Assembly (NCBI GenBank): GCA_050633245.1
Contig: JBOEGD010000004.1
Location: 159,095 to 223,094 of the forward strand
Direction: 5' to 3'
DNA: 64,000 nucleotides
Origin: Calditrichia bacterium
Lineage (GTDB): Bacteria; Calditrichota; Calditrichia; RBG-13-44-9; J075
Made by a program: the position numbers and the translations under genes. Under the pieces are notes generated by a model that saw only the letters and a list, made by a program, of their open reading frames with translations, made no database searches and was not told the origin of the DNA. The first letter of the stretch is position 1; each line of letters begins with the position of its first letter. Positions 31,521-42,006 of the stretch are shown piece after piece.

Positions 31521-33428
31521 ATGAAGACTATAGACCTTTTTGATGGAATTATCCGAATGAAAATGCCTCGTATCAAACTTATTTTTGCCTTAGTTGCTCT
31601 GCTATCGGTGACGTCGCTTTGGGCAAACACCCGTCGTATTGTGGGTGTTGTGCCTTTCGAGAACACCGGAACGGTCTCACAGAAATGGATGCAGCGCGGC
31701 ATAGATGAGGTATTTAACAATAAACTTGGCGAGCTAAGTGCTGTTTCCGTTTTTGAGAAAGAAACGCTTAGCAGAGTCCTCAAAAATCTTGAAATCGCCG
31801 ATGCCGGAGTTGTAGATGCACGTCGTGCCTTTTCAATCGGTAAAGATACCGGAATTGAAGTACTCGTTTTAGGATCTTATCAGATGAATGGTGACAGGCT
31901 TTCTATTAGTATGCGGCTCGTGAGCACGTACACCGGGTCTCCCATTTATGATGAAAGCAGAGATATACGTCTGGAACAGGTGTTTGAAACCTGCGGCAAT
32001 TTTGTGCGCAAGGGGCTGTCCATTATGCAGATCCCGATTGAAGAGGATGAAGATGAGGTTTTGACTGTGCCTCTTACGTCTTCGATGCAGGCATTTGAGG
32101 CCTATTGCAAAGCATATGATGAAATTGAAAAAGAATCACCGATGGAGAGCATCGCCGGTTATTTCCAGCGGGCACTTCAGCTGGATCCGAACTTTTGGGA
32201 AGCTCAATACAATCTGGGTGTAATCTATTACAATTTTGGTCTATACGACCGGGCACAGCGTCAGTTTAACGAGGTTATTGAAAAACAGGGACGCTTCTAT
32301 AAGCCCTACTTTGGTAAAGGCGTTATCAATTATCTGAATAAGAACTATCGCGAAGCGCAGCGTCAGCTTAAAAAGAGCGTTCAGCTAAAGAACGATCACG
32401 ACCGTAGTTACTATTATCTGGGTGTTGTTTACTCCGAAATGGACTCCATTAAGAAAGCCATCGAGTATCTTGAACGCTCCATCGAATTCAATCCCAACTT
32501 TGCAAATGCACATTACCAACTGGGCCTTGCTCAGATGAAACGCGGCTGGTATAAAAAGGCAACGACCATATTTAATCAAGCTATAAAGTTGAACTCAGAC
32601 TTCCATCTGGCACACAACGCACTTGGTGAAGCATACTATGCGCTAAACCTCTATGAAGAGTCAACGATCGAGTTTAACAAGGCAATCAAGATTAAGCCTA
32701 ATTATGCAACCGCATATTTTAACCTCGGTAATGCTACGTATAAGCGTGGAGCGTTGGAAGAGATTGTGGATGCCTTCTGGTCGCTTCTCGAAGGTCAATA
32801 CATCGAAGAAGATGGCACGAACGGAACCAACGGCACCAATGGTAGCGATTCACCTCTGTTAGGTCTTGAGCATCTTCGTGAGAAGTCCCGTATTGAAGAC
32901 TCTGATAATATTCTTCGCAGAATGGTAAATGCTTATCGCACCGCCCTGCAGTATGACAAACGTTTTTACGAGGCGAGTTATAATCTCGGTCTGACATATG
33001 AGAACCTCAGCCGACCAGACAGCTCCGAATTCTTCTATCAAATGGCAATTGCGCAGAAATCCGATCTCTCTCAGGCCCATATGCGTCTTGGTAAAATCTA
33101 TGAGCAGCAGAAGAAATACACCCTTGCTCTGGAGTCTTTTAAAAAGGTCGTCAGCATCGATCCGGACTATTTCGTTGCGAACCCCAAGCTTGGTGAGCCG
33201 TATCGCTATGTAAATATTATTGAACTGGTGTTGAAAGAAAATCAAACGCGTTTGGACAACGATCCGCAGAATAGGGAAGCTCTCACTGTTATCGGTAAGA
33301 TATATCTCAGCCTGGGACGTTTTGGCCAAGCAGAGCAGTATTATGAGCAGCTGGTTGCAACAAACCCGGATGACTCAGGTGCGCAACGTACGCTTCGACG
33401 TATTCGCAGACAACTGCGCAAGCTGTAA
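31521..33428 (+). CDS. Secreted TPR-repeat protein with N-terminal CsgG/TolB-N-like domain
   Basis: Signal peptide, VGVVPFEN...LGSYQ..L.I..RLV..TG domain, then many TPRs (AQYNLG, AHNALG, AYFNLG). Start may be 31557. Confidence 0.82.
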   Translation: MKTIDLFDGIIRMKMPRIKLIFALVALLSVTSLWANTRRIVGVVPFENTGTVSQKWMQRGIDEVFNNKLGELSAVSVFEKETLSRVLKNLEIADAGVVDARRAFSIGKDTGIEVLVLGSYQMNGDRLSISMRLVSTYTGSPIYDESRDIRLEQVFETCGNFVRKGLSIMQIPIEEDEDEVLTVPLTSSMQAFEAYCKAYDEIEKESPMESIAGYFQRALQLDPNFWEAQYNLGVIYYNFGLYDRAQRQFNEVIEKQGRFYKPYFGKGVINYLNKNYREAQRQLKKSVQLKNDHDRSYYYLGVVYSEMDSIKKAIEYLERSIEFNPNFANAHYQLGLAQMKRGWYKKATTIFNQAIKLNSDFHLAHNALGEAYYALNLYEESTIEFNKAIKIKPNYATAYFNLGNATYKRGALEEIVDAFWSLLEGQYIEEDGTNGTNGTNGSDSPLLGLEHLREKSRIEDSDNILRRMVNAYRTALQYDKRFYEASYNLGLTYENLSRPDSSEFFYQMAIAQKSDLSQAHMRLGKIYEQQKKYTLALESFKKVVSIDPDYFVANPKLGEPYRYVNIIELVLKENQTRLDNDPQNREALTVIGKIYLSLGRFGQAEQYYEQLVATNPDDSGAQRTLRRIRRQLRKL

Positions 33429-33445
33429 ACGTTATTGACCCCACT

Positions 33446-33465
33446 CGTGCCGGTGGCCCGGCACG
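33446..33465 (+). terminator. GC-rich hairpin after the TPR gene
   Basis: CGTGCCGG-TGGC-CCGGCACG; no U-tail. Confidence 0.45.
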
Positions 33466-33683
33466 CCTCCCAACCCATCCTTCATAAAAAGCACCTCAAC
33501 TTGCCCATATTTAGCAAACCTAAGCAGATTTTGTCGTCAAACGCTGCCAAAATTGCCCAAATAAATAGACCACCGTCACATCTGGATGGTCATGTGATGA
33601 CCCTCACGGTTTAACCCTGCTCTCAAAAGCTACATTGATTTCGACGCTAAGGAGGCTCAGTTTAGATAGAAGGGAAACCACAG

Positions 33684-34052
33684 ATGTACGAGATTGAAGC
33701 AGTACGACAGGATGATGTTTGCTTGAAATTTCGTTGGTTCACCACGATGGATTGTGATTTATATTTGTGGGAGAATCCGCAAACAAGCGAGATAGAACGA
33801 TTTCAATTCTGTTTCGATAAAGACTTTGACGAGAAGATTATAGAGTGGGATTCAAGTTCCGAGCGGCTTGTCCATGCTGAAGTCGATTCCAGTGGTGGCG
33901 GACGGTTTCGCGGGGCGGCAATTTTTCGACGCGGCGGAGATCTCGACCTTTCTTATGTCGTTCATCTCTTTCAGGAAAAAGCAGAAGGATTGGACAAGAA
34001 GATCTGGCGCTTTGTTACCAAGCGTCTGCGAGAACGTCTTCCACGGCGCTAA
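33684..34052 (+). CDS. Hypothetical protein
   Basis: 122-aa ORF with AAGGG RBS and a globular-looking sequence (RWF..DLYLW..FQFCFD); fills the gap between genes. Confidence 0.7.
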   Translation: MYEIEAVRQDDVCLKFRWFTTMDCDLYLWENPQTSEIERFQFCFDKDFDEKIIEWDSSSERLVHAEVDSSGGGRFRGAAIFRRGGDLDLSYVVHLFQEKAEGLDKKIWRFVTKRLRERLPRR

Positions 34053-35074
34053 CGTGGCGCTTCAATAGACTTCAGGCTCTCTAATAATGCGGTTGCCTCT
34101 GAAAACTCCGGGTAGCGCCGCATGCACTCCAAAGACATTTCTACAGCACTCGATATATAGCCCACATATTTTTTACTACCAAATCGACGATAGTTATAGG
34201 CAAATGCTCCTGCATCGTGAAGCTTGCGCTGAATGATGGAATAATCAACATATTTTTGGTATTCCTGTTTGTCCCAGTTCACGCCAAAATTTGATAGATG
34301 TTGCCTGTAGGCTTCAACTAATTCTGCTCTAAAATCAGGAGTCAAATCGATATAGGAATCCCATGCAATCGATACCAGATCGTAAACAGGTGATCCAAAG
34401 CGGGCGTCCTGAAAGTCAATTATGGTAAAGCTGTCTTTTTTCTCATCATAAAAAAGATTACTGCTCTGAAAGTCTCGATGGACGAACAGTGGATATGAAA
34501 TATCGAGAAATGTTGAAATAAGATCACCAAATCGCAGTATTAGCTCTTTGTGTTCCGGCTGTTTGTAGTAGAAAGACAGAAGTTGTTTTTGCAAATGGAA
34601 GTTAAATTCGAACATGTACTTCTCATGATCGAATCGTCTGGTAAAGGCAGGGCAGTGAGTTTCCATCTTACATTTATGCTGCATCTCTGCCATAAACTCG
34701 ATGAGCTTTAAGTAGACGTCTTTTTTGTTTGCCGGATTGCCGTGCATGTATTGTTCAAGAGTCGGGAGATGCTTAAACTCGACAAATACCCATCCCTGAG
34801 CGCGGTTCATCTCATAAACGCGCGGTGTCGCAACACCCATGCGTTTTAGATAATAATCGACATTCACATAATTGTCCATCATTGTAAGGTCGGGTTGTGG
34901 AATGGACATGAGCAGGACAGTGTTGTCTGGAAAGTAGGTTGGTGAAGAAAAATCGATGCGATAATAATTGCGCGAAGAGGCGCCACCGGGCAGTTTGCTT
35001 ATCTCTGCAATTTCGGCATTAAGAAACGACGCGAGATTCTCGCGCAGTTCCTGGTAGGTCTCGGAAGAGGTCAT
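34049..35074 (-). CDS. APH-family phosphotransferase, AmgK-like MurNAc/GlcNAc kinase
   Basis: GGASSRNYYR, VHRDFQSSNL, IDFQDARFG..YDLVS, QRKL..GAF. Confidence 0.8.
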   Translation of the reverse strand: MTSSETYQELRENLASFLNAEIAEISKLPGGASSRNYYRIDFSSPTYFPDNTVLLMSIPQPDLTMMDNYVNVDYYLKRMGVATPRVYEMNRAQGWVFVEFKHLPTLEQYMHGNPANKKDVYLKLIEFMAEMQHKCKMETHCPAFTRRFDHEKYMFEFNFHLQKQLLSFYYKQPEHKELILRFGDLISTFLDISYPLFVHRDFQSSNLFYDEKKDSFTIIDFQDARFGSPVYDLVSIAWDSYIDLTPDFRAELVEAYRQHLSNFGVNWDKQEYQKYVDYSIIQRKLHDAGAFAYNYRRFGSKKYVGYISSAVEMSLECMRRYPEFSEATALLESLKSIEAPR

Positions 35075-35082
35075 GTTTTTTA

Positions 35083-35577
35083 TTATCCTTTGTTGCTCAA
35101 TGCAAGCTGTTGTAAAGCATCTCCGTCAAGGCGATAGGTCTCCCAGCCATCCAGCGAGCTCGCACCAAGTGCCTGGTAAAAGTTGATGGCAGGTTCATTC
35201 CAGTCCAGAACATTCCACTCCATTCGCGCACAGTCTTTTTTAACGGCAATAGCAGCAAGCGCAGCTAAGAGTGAGACGCCAATTTTGTTGCCACGCATGG
35301 CAGGGTCGACAAATAAATCTTCAAGGTGTAGTGTAGGGCGTCCGGTAAATGTGGAAAACTTATAAAAATAGAGCGCAAAGCCAACCGCTTTATTTTCCGA
35401 TATGGCCAAAAGGGCATCGTAAATGCTATTCTCACCAAAGCCGTATTTGCTAAACTGCTCTTCTGTACCAACGAATTCATGTTCAAGCTTCTCATAGATC
35501 GCAAGGTCGCGTACCAGGCGAATTAAATCCGGAACGTCATTTTGGGTTGCATTGCGTATTTGAAACGTGTTTTTCAT
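35083..35577 (-). CDS. GNAT acetyltransferase (diamine/SSAT-like)
   Basis: LAIYEKL, FSTFTG..LHLEDLFV, WNVLDWNEPAINFY..LGA. Confidence 0.88.
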   Translation of the reverse strand: MKNTFQIRNATQNDVPDLIRLVRDLAIYEKLEHEFVGTEEQFSKYGFGENSIYDALLAISENKAVGFALYFYKFSTFTGRPTLHLEDLFVDPAMRGNKIGVSLLAALAAIAVKKDCARMEWNVLDWNEPAINFYQALGASSLDGWETYRLDGDALQQLALSNKG

Positions 35578-35578
35578 C

Positions 35579-37948
35579 TTATTTTACCAGTAATATTTTA
35601 CGAACCGCGTTTTGAAGCCCTGAATTAGTTTTTGCCTGCAATCGCACATAGTAAATCCCGCTGCCGATATCTTCTCCGTCATCGCTGCGAGCGTCCCAAG
35701 AATAGCGATGTTCGCCGGCAGCAAGTTGAGCACTAATAATCGTGCGCACTTCTTGTCCCAGCTGATTGTATATGTTCATCTCAACAAAACCTGATTCTTC
35801 CAGATAGAATGGAATCAGAGTTGTTCCATTAAAGGGGTTGGGATAATTTTGCGCCAGTTGAAAACTCTTTATGGAGTGTGTATTTGGATCTAGTCCTGTT
35901 GGTGAGCCGTTGCTGGTACCGGGAGACGGGGACGTTATCGAAATAAATCCGACAGCACCATCCTGTGGTCTGCCGAACGAAATATCTGTTTCCTGAAGTC
36001 CAAAAGATATGGTGTCTACCACCGAAGAGTCTGCAGCAAAAATTCCGATTTGTTCACCGTCTTTGTCCAACTTAAATGGCGCGTGGACGGCGCCCTGAGT
36101 TGGATCGTCGTCGGCCCAGATTAGCAGAAACTCACCGGGTGCTATGGTTCGATTAGGCAGTTGCCATTTTCGAGGGAGATTGAAATTGTCGCTGAGGTAA
36201 AAGTCCTCGAGCGAAATGGCTATGCTGTCTCCATTGAATATTTCAACCCAGTCGTCAAATTCTCCGAAAGGATCAGCAATTGTTGTACTATTGCTGGCCA
36301 TAAATTCGTTGATAAATAATTTTGGCTGCTCTGATCGAAGCGGAATTGAATAGACGGTTTGTGGTGCATTAAACGGATCCCGTGCCAGTCTACTCTCTGA
36401 GTCTCGTCCGGAAACATAAAATGCCAGATCACTCGGCTGAGTCAATGCAGGAATTGTCGCACCATATATACCATCATTTGCTTCTCTATCGCCACTCAAT
36501 CCATCGTCGCGCATTTCTATGGCTGTTTGCCACAGGTTATTGATGCTATAATAGAGCTGCATTGTTACCACAGCATCTTCATCTTCAACGAAAGTCGTTA
36601 CTAAAATGGGGTCGTTCAGGTCTGGCGCAGAAGGTGAATAGGTCGTTTGAGAAATAATTGGCGGAATGTTATTCAAAACCAGTTGGCTGTTTATTGAATT
36701 GCTTCTTGTTCCGATATAGGTCGTAATTCCATAGGTGACGTGTCCACCAAGGCTTTGTCCGTAGGAGTCCAGAAAGTCTTGATAAGTAAAGCCGTAATCG
36801 AGCGTGCGATAGATATCATCCAATGCCGCCGGAGCCAGTAGATCACGTGTCGCGTAGGCCTTTGGAAACAAAATACCTGCATTAAAGTGGTCGTCTGTCA
36901 GTTGCTTTAGATAGAATGAAAAGCGATCACGGAATATGTCGACGTCTAAAATACGTTCTGCCAAAGCCCGTTGAGTGCTTTTACCCCAATTGTAGATGTC
37001 GCGATTTCCCCAATCAACACCGGGCTGTATGCCATCCCACCAAATACCAAATGTATTGTCCAGATCGAATATTATATACTCGAACTTACCCGTTGCCGGA
37101 TTGTTGTAAAGGTAATAGTTGTTTTTATTGAACCAGTAATTATCCCAGTGTCCAATTGCAATCTCCAGCGCTAGTGCTTTAAGATAGCCGTTTACGTTGA
37201 ATACGTTTTGAATCGCACTTGCAAAACTACCGTCGGGAGTAAGGTTCAATACGTCTATAAAGTGTGCCAGATCGCTATAGTCATCTGCAACACGATTGGT
37301 CTTTAGATCATATGTTCGTCTACCTCCAGATTGAAACTTGTAGACATCCGGGTCATTGCCTCGCCAGGTAAGATCTGCTGGCCAAAGGCACTTGTAGAGG
37401 TTGCCGGAGTCATTTTCAAATCGTGCTTTGATAAAATTTTCGTCGATTTGCTCAACGTGAATATAGACACCATAATAACTTCCATTGATATAAAGCTGTG
37501 AATAATGAGTACGTGCAGCATTTAGTCCATAGCTTTTTGCCAACTCCCAGCTCAGGCGGCTTCGCGCGATGCTGGGGTCGTTGTGTTCTCCATTCAAATT
37601 AATCTTTTCAAGACCGAGATATTTTCTACCGGCTTCAAAGGAATTAATAGAGATCTTGAACGACTTCTTCTCGGCCGCACGTGAGGTATTGCCGCGCAGG
37701 CGAAAACCAATGTTGGGCAGCGTATCGTCAAGCGTGGTGCTGCGAACAATAACCGAAGCAGGGTATTCGTGGTCGCTCCATGGATCATTAAAAATAGCTG
37801 CAAGTGAGTCCGGATCGATGGTTACCTCAAACGACACAATTGACTCGTCTTGAAATAACGGATGCTCCGGAAGCAACTGTGCGCTAAGGGAGAAGGGGAG
37901 TAGCAGTACTGTAAGAGCGATGATGCACAGCAAAATATATGACTTCAT
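35579..37948 (-). CDS. CotH kinase-family protein with lamin-tail domain and T9SS-type CTD
   Basis: GFRLRGNTSR..KKSFKI, GVYIHVEQID, NNYYLY, FDLDNTFG; DDGLSGD..NDGIY module; INEFMASN lamin-tail domain; QNYPNPFN. Start at ATG 37948 with GAGGTG RBS. Confidence 0.88.
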   Translation of the reverse strand: MKSYILLCIIALTVLLLPFSLSAQLLPEHPLFQDESIVSFEVTIDPDSLAAIFNDPWSDHEYPASVIVRSTTLDDTLPNIGFRLRGNTSRAAEKKSFKISINSFEAGRKYLGLEKINLNGEHNDPSIARSRLSWELAKSYGLNAARTHYSQLYINGSYYGVYIHVEQIDENFIKARFENDSGNLYKCLWPADLTWRGNDPDVYKFQSGGRRTYDLKTNRVADDYSDLAHFIDVLNLTPDGSFASAIQNVFNVNGYLKALALEIAIGHWDNYWFNKNNYYLYNNPATGKFEYIIFDLDNTFGIWWDGIQPGVDWGNRDIYNWGKSTQRALAERILDVDIFRDRFSFYLKQLTDDHFNAGILFPKAYATRDLLAPAALDDIYRTLDYGFTYQDFLDSYGQSLGGHVTYGITTYIGTRSNSINSQLVLNNIPPIISQTTYSPSAPDLNDPILVTTFVEDEDAVVTMQLYYSINNLWQTAIEMRDDGLSGDREANDGIYGATIPALTQPSDLAFYVSGRDSESRLARDPFNAPQTVYSIPLRSEQPKLFINEFMASNSTTIADPFGEFDDWVEIFNGDSIAISLEDFYLSDNFNLPRKWQLPNRTIAPGEFLLIWADDDPTQGAVHAPFKLDKDGEQIGIFAADSSVVDTISFGLQETDISFGRPQDGAVGFISITSPSPGTSNGSPTGLDPNTHSIKSFQLAQNYPNPFNGTTLIPFYLEESGFVEMNIYNQLGQEVRTIISAQLAAGEHRYSWDARSDDGEDIGSGIYYVRLQAKTNSGLQNAVRKILLVK

Positions 37949-38069
37949 AAGACACCTCACTAAAAATCATTGTAGAATAGCTGGAAGCGTGAAAAGCGCC
38001 GGAGGTTCAGATTCGTAGAGTCCGGCAAGGCGTTTAATCATCTCCAAAAACTGTGCAAAATTACTTACT

Positions 38070-38117
38070 CAATTGAAGGCAGTCAAGCGGATTGTCGCTT
38101 AATACTGCCTTCAATTG
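38070..38117. terminator. Long stem-loop after dctM
   Basis: 14-bp perfect arms CAATTGAAGGCAGT/ACTGCCTTCAATTG enclosing an inner AAGCG/CGCTT stem. Confidence 0.6.
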
Positions 38118-38134
38118 TTCTAAACCGCGTTGTT

Positions 38135-39415
38135 TTATTCCGGAATAAAAATGTCTACCAGGAACAAGCTAAGTTCAGGCACATAAGTAATAATCATCAG
38201 TGCAATAAGAAGGATTATGAGAAAGGGAAAAGAGGCTGAATACAGCTGCGTGATTGGCTTACCAAAGCGGAAACTCGATATAAACAGATTGATTCCAACA
38301 GGAGGCGTAATATAGCCGATCTCAAGATTTGTCAGGAAAATGATACCAAGATGCACCGGGTCGACGCCATAGTTAATCGCTATTGGAATGATAAGCGGGA
38401 CGATGACCAAAATGGCTGAAAAGATGTCCATTAAAGCGCCGACAATAAGCAGGAAGATATTCAGCATTAACAAGAACACGATCTTACTGTCAACGTATTG
38501 CTTCATAAAGTCTAGAATGGCCGTGGGAATTTCGGCGTCAATCATGTAGTTGGCCATACCAAGTGCAGCGCCGAGGATAACCAGAATACCACCTACCAGA
38601 ACCATGCTTTCTTTCATGATGTTCGGTAGATCTTTAGTCAGACTGATATCACGGTAAATAAATACTTCTACAATCAGCACATAAAATGCAGTTACAGCTG
38701 CAGCCTCGGTTGCGGTAAAAAAGCCGCCGTAAATGCCGACTAAGATCAACAATGGAAGAGGCAACTCCCAAATTGCTCCCTTGGTCGCTTTCCAGGCCCT
38801 GCTAAACTCGAATGGCACTGTTGCTACTTTTTGATCCTTTATATACCAGATGCTGTAGGCTGAAAGAAGCACAATTAACAGAGTTCCGGGAATAAGGCCG
38901 GCAAGAAAGAGTTTGTCAATGCTCACTTCAGCGATGAGCCCGTAAACGATAATTGGTAAACTTGGAGGGAATAGCATTCCCAGATTGCCGGATGTTGTGA
39001 TCATTCCCAGCGTGAATTTTTCCGGATAGCTCTCCTTTATCAGCATAGGATAGAGAAGGCCGCCCAAAGCGATAATAGTAACTCCTGAAGCGCCGGTAAA
39101 TGCAGTGAACAGGGCGCAGGAGGTTAATGCTACAATTGAAAGCCCACCTGGTATCCAGCCAAATATGGCTTGTGCAAAGTCGATTAGCCGCTTGGGTGCA
39201 TTACTCTCGGCAAGCATATAGCCTGCGAGGGTAAATAAAGGAATAGCCAATAGCACCGGTTGGCTTGCCAGTCGGTACAGGTCGACAATTACCGTGGCAA
39301 GGCTGGTGCCGTCGAAATGCCATGCCAGTAGCGCAATGGCACTGATAATTGCAAATAGCGGTGTGCCGTAAATGGCCAGGAGAATTAACACGATTGTAAT
39401 AAGAAAAGTTGTCAT
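38135..39415 (-). CDS. dctM: TRAP transporter large permease
   Basis: LLAIPLFTLAG, G.LGMLFPPS, FTATEAA, EIGYITPPVGINLF. Confidence 0.93.
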   Translation of the reverse strand: MTTFLITIVLILLAIYGTPLFAIISAIALLAWHFDGTSLATVIVDLYRLASQPVLLAIPLFTLAGYMLAESNAPKRLIDFAQAIFGWIPGGLSIVALTSCALFTAFTGASGVTIIALGGLLYPMLIKESYPEKFTLGMITTSGNLGMLFPPSLPIIVYGLIAEVSIDKLFLAGLIPGTLLIVLLSAYSIWYIKDQKVATVPFEFSRAWKATKGAIWELPLPLLILVGIYGGFFTATEAAAVTAFYVLIVEVFIYRDISLTKDLPNIMKESMVLVGGILVILGAALGMANYMIDAEIPTAILDFMKQYVDSKIVFLLMLNIFLLIVGALMDIFSAILVIVPLIIPIAINYGVDPVHLGIIFLTNLEIGYITPPVGINLFISSFRFGKPITQLYSASFPFLIILLIALMIITYVPELSLFLVDIFIPE

Positions 39416-39466
39416 AACGTGGTCTGTCCGGTTTCAGGGATTTAGTTTAAGGCATTTGACGGCTTT

Positions 39467-39988
39467 TTAGCGAACGCTCTCTGGCGTAAATTCTTCCGGC
39501 TCTTCCTGCTCAATACCGAGAAAGCGCTCTACTATCTTTAGAAAAAAGCGGAAACCGATAAGTGCGAAGCCTATCGGTATTATCATTTGAAACGGCCATG
39601 CCGGAACCTCATTAAACAGAATGGTCTCGTATTCAATTTCTGCTTGTAAAAATACCCACCCTGCTTTAGCCAGGACGCCGCAAATAAACAACGTCGCTAA
39701 ATCAATAATTGAAGCGACGTATTTCATCAATTTCGGGGGGGTATATCGCTTCATTAGATCTATGCGAATGTGCTTGTTCTTTCGCGTCGCGATTGAGGCA
39801 CCGAGAAAGCCAACCCATAGCACAAGGTGTCTTAAGAAAATTTCTCCCCAAAGAAAACCTTCCTGAAAAACGTTGCGAAGAACTACTTGGTAGAATGCCA
39901 GAAGAACCATTGCTGTGACAATGGCGATAACAAGGCCGTTTTCGATCCAGCCCAAGAGGCGATCGACGCTTTTTACGAGTGTTTCCAT
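39467..39988 (-). CDS. dctQ: TRAP transporter small permease
   Basis: Four TM segments, QVVLRN, LWVGFLGASIA..KHIRID; probable start at ATG 39988. Confidence 0.9.
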   Translation of the reverse strand: METLVKSVDRLLGWIENGLVIAIVTAMVLLAFYQVVLRNVFQEGFLWGEIFLRHLVLWVGFLGASIATRKNKHIRIDLMKRYTPPKLMKYVASIIDLATLFICGVLAKAGWVFLQAEIEYETILFNEVPAWPFQMIIPIGFALIGFRFFLKIVERFLGIEQEEPEEFTPESVR

Positions 39989-40023
39989 GCTTTTGGTTCC
40001 GATAGGAATAAGGTGTGACAAAT

Positions 40024-40053
40024 AAAAAGGCGACGCGAGTTAACGCGCCGCCT
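40024..40053 (-). terminator. Intra-operon terminator between dctP and dctQ
   Basis: AGGCGGCGCG-TTAACT-CGCGTCGCCT followed by a T-run on the minus strand. Confidence 0.7.
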
Positions 40054-40068
40054 GAATTTTTTATACCG

Positions 40069-41067
40069 TTATTTTTCTGCTTTTTCGCTTCGGAAAGTAG
40101 TTAGAGCTTCATTGACTCTGTCCAGCATTTCCTGTGGGTAAAGGCGTCCTACCAGATCCGTGTGAGCGCTGGTGGCTGCAGCCTGGAAAGCCGCAATCTC
40201 TGCTGCAGGAACGTCAATGAGCTTTGTTCCGCTGTCGATCATCAAATCCAGTGACTTTTGATTGTCCACGCGACCGCTTTGAACGAGCTTGCTCATATAC
40301 TCGCGACCTTTTTCCAGAAGAATCGTCTGATGTTCTGGTGCAAGCTTATCAAATTGCTTCTTTGAGATTAACACGGCACCCATAACATTTGCCAGCGGCA
40401 AGTTGGTAATCGTCTTAATTCGGGTATGCCACTGTAGTGATACACAAGGCAATGGCGGAACGTAAACACCTTCAATAAGGTTTGTTTGCAAGGACGTAAG
40501 CACGTCAGTTAGCGATAGCGGAATCGCATTTACATCGAGAGATTTAAACGTTGCCTCGGCGAGTGGGTCACCTTCCCACATCCACATCTTTGTGCCCCGC
40601 AAATCTTTTAGCGAAGCAATCGGCTTCTGAGCATAAACGTAAGCAAAACCAACGTCGGCCCATCCGAGGATAATGAAGCCTTTTTCCTCAAATTTCCGCG
40701 CGAACTCGTCATTGAGGAGGGACGCGATGTGGTCAACTTCCTCATAGTTGCGATACAGCATCGGTAGTTCCATAATGCGAACTTCCGGCAGAATCTCGCC
40801 TAGACCCACACCGGTAAAGCCGGCGCTGTGGAGCTGACCGAGACGAATCTTGCGAAGCACGTCTTTCTCATCACCCTGAATCTGGCTGGGATAAATCTTG
40901 AACTTTACTTTGCCGTCAGTTAGGCTGGTTACTTCGTCTGCATACTCACGAAGCACTTTTAAATATGTTGAGCCTTCCGGAGCAACAGTTGCGAATTTAA
41001 TCCGCTGTGAATAACCGCTGCTGGCAAATAATAGGCTTAGCAATATGAGTGTTATAATTTTACGCAC
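40069..41067 (-). CDS. dctP: TRAP substrate-binding protein (DctP/TatP-type)
   Basis: Signal peptide, KFATVAPEGS, GDEKDVLRKIRLGQL, DVLTSLQT. Confidence 0.9.
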   Translation of the reverse strand: MRKIITLILLSLLFASSGYSQRIKFATVAPEGSTYLKVLREYADEVTSLTDGKVKFKIYPSQIQGDEKDVLRKIRLGQLHSAGFTGVGLGEILPEVRIMELPMLYRNYEEVDHIASLLNDEFARKFEEKGFIILGWADVGFAYVYAQKPIASLKDLRGTKMWMWEGDPLAEATFKSLDVNAIPLSLTDVLTSLQTNLIEGVYVPPLPCVSLQWHTRIKTITNLPLANVMGAVLISKKQFDKLAPEHQTILLEKGREYMSKLVQSGRVDNQKSLDLMIDSGTKLIDVPAAEIAAFQAAATSAHTDLVGRLYPQEMLDRVNEALTTFRSEKAEK

Positions 41068-41142
41068 GATAATTTTCTCCTTTAAATGTTCACTGCTGCT
41101 ATCAAAATCTACAACCAGCAGAGCGATATTTGGTTCCTTCCG

Positions 41143-42006
41143 TTACAGAATATCCTCTTTTTGCGCCATAAGTGCTGCTCCTTTTTGTTTTGCCAATGCA
41201 GTCAATAATTCAAATCCTGGCAGAATGTCCATGGGCGCATCATCAACTTTTTTTAGCAGCTCATCGAACAGTTCTTCATTGAGCGTTGGCGCAGCATAAT
41301 ATTTTGCATAATACACATAAGTAATAAGCGACTTATTGTCAGTTAGTTCTAAAACCTTTTCAAAATGCTCTTTCGCCTTGTCCGGGTCGCCACCGAGCAT
41401 GCGGGGAATAGATCCGTTAATGCTGCCCCAGAACAAGTGGGCTGCTCCAAAAAAGAAGCTCTCGTCCAGCTCAATAACCCGATTCATCATGGTCTTTACG
41501 CGGGATAGATCAAATACGGCTTCCGGTTTGTCGCGATTTAGATTTACCCAGCCGGCCCATGCAAAAGACGTCCAAAATAAACCCGGCAAATCGTCTTTGT
41601 CAAGTGTAGCCAATGCAACCTTCAATTTGTCATCGTTCTTTGGAATCCCGTTTTTAAATGCCTTTTTCTTCATTAATATCTTTTCACCAAATGCTTTGGC
41701 GCGAAGATACATGGCGCTGGCGCGTTCCGGATGTTCATCTTCCAGAAATCCCAGGCTATAGCTGGAAAAGCCTTGTGCCAATATCTCAAGAAGCTCTGTC
41801 TTGCCCGGATCGGCCAGATGAAATCCTTCAATCAGTTTCAGATTGGCAGCCGTAGCAATTTTCGCCACTTCAAGATCCGGCTCAGCATAAAGCGCATCAA
41901 TACCGTATGCAAAAAGACCGGTTGTTACATTCAACGCGATCTTTTGCGTCGCGCCACAGCTGCTGAGCAGCAGAAAAATTATGCTGAGAAAGAGATTGCG
42001 GGTCAT
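41143..42006 (-). CDS. TRAP-associated TatT-family lipoprotein
   Basis: Lipobox LLSSC, LDESFFFGAAH, P.MLGGDPDKAKEHFEK; directly upstream of dctP. Probable start at ATG 42006. Confidence 0.85.
   Translation of the reverse strand: MTRNLFLSIIFLLLSSCGATQKIALNVTTGLFAYGIDALYAEPDLEVAKIATAANLKLIEGFHLADPGKTELLEILAQGFSSYSLGFLEDEHPERASAMYLRAKAFGEKILMKKKAFKNGIPKNDDKLKVALATLDKDDLPGLFWTSFAWAGWVNLNRDKPEAVFDLSRVKTMMNRVIELDESFFFGAAHLFWGSINGSIPRMLGGDPDKAKEHFEKVLELTDNKSLITYVYYAKYYAAPTLNEELFDELLKKVDDAPMDILPGFELLTALAKQKGAALMAQKEDIL

Noticed and set aside
32810-32847. GTNGTNGTNG-like micro-repeat in the TPR gene
   Set aside because: Codons are diverged; a low-complexity loop rather than a phase-variable tract.
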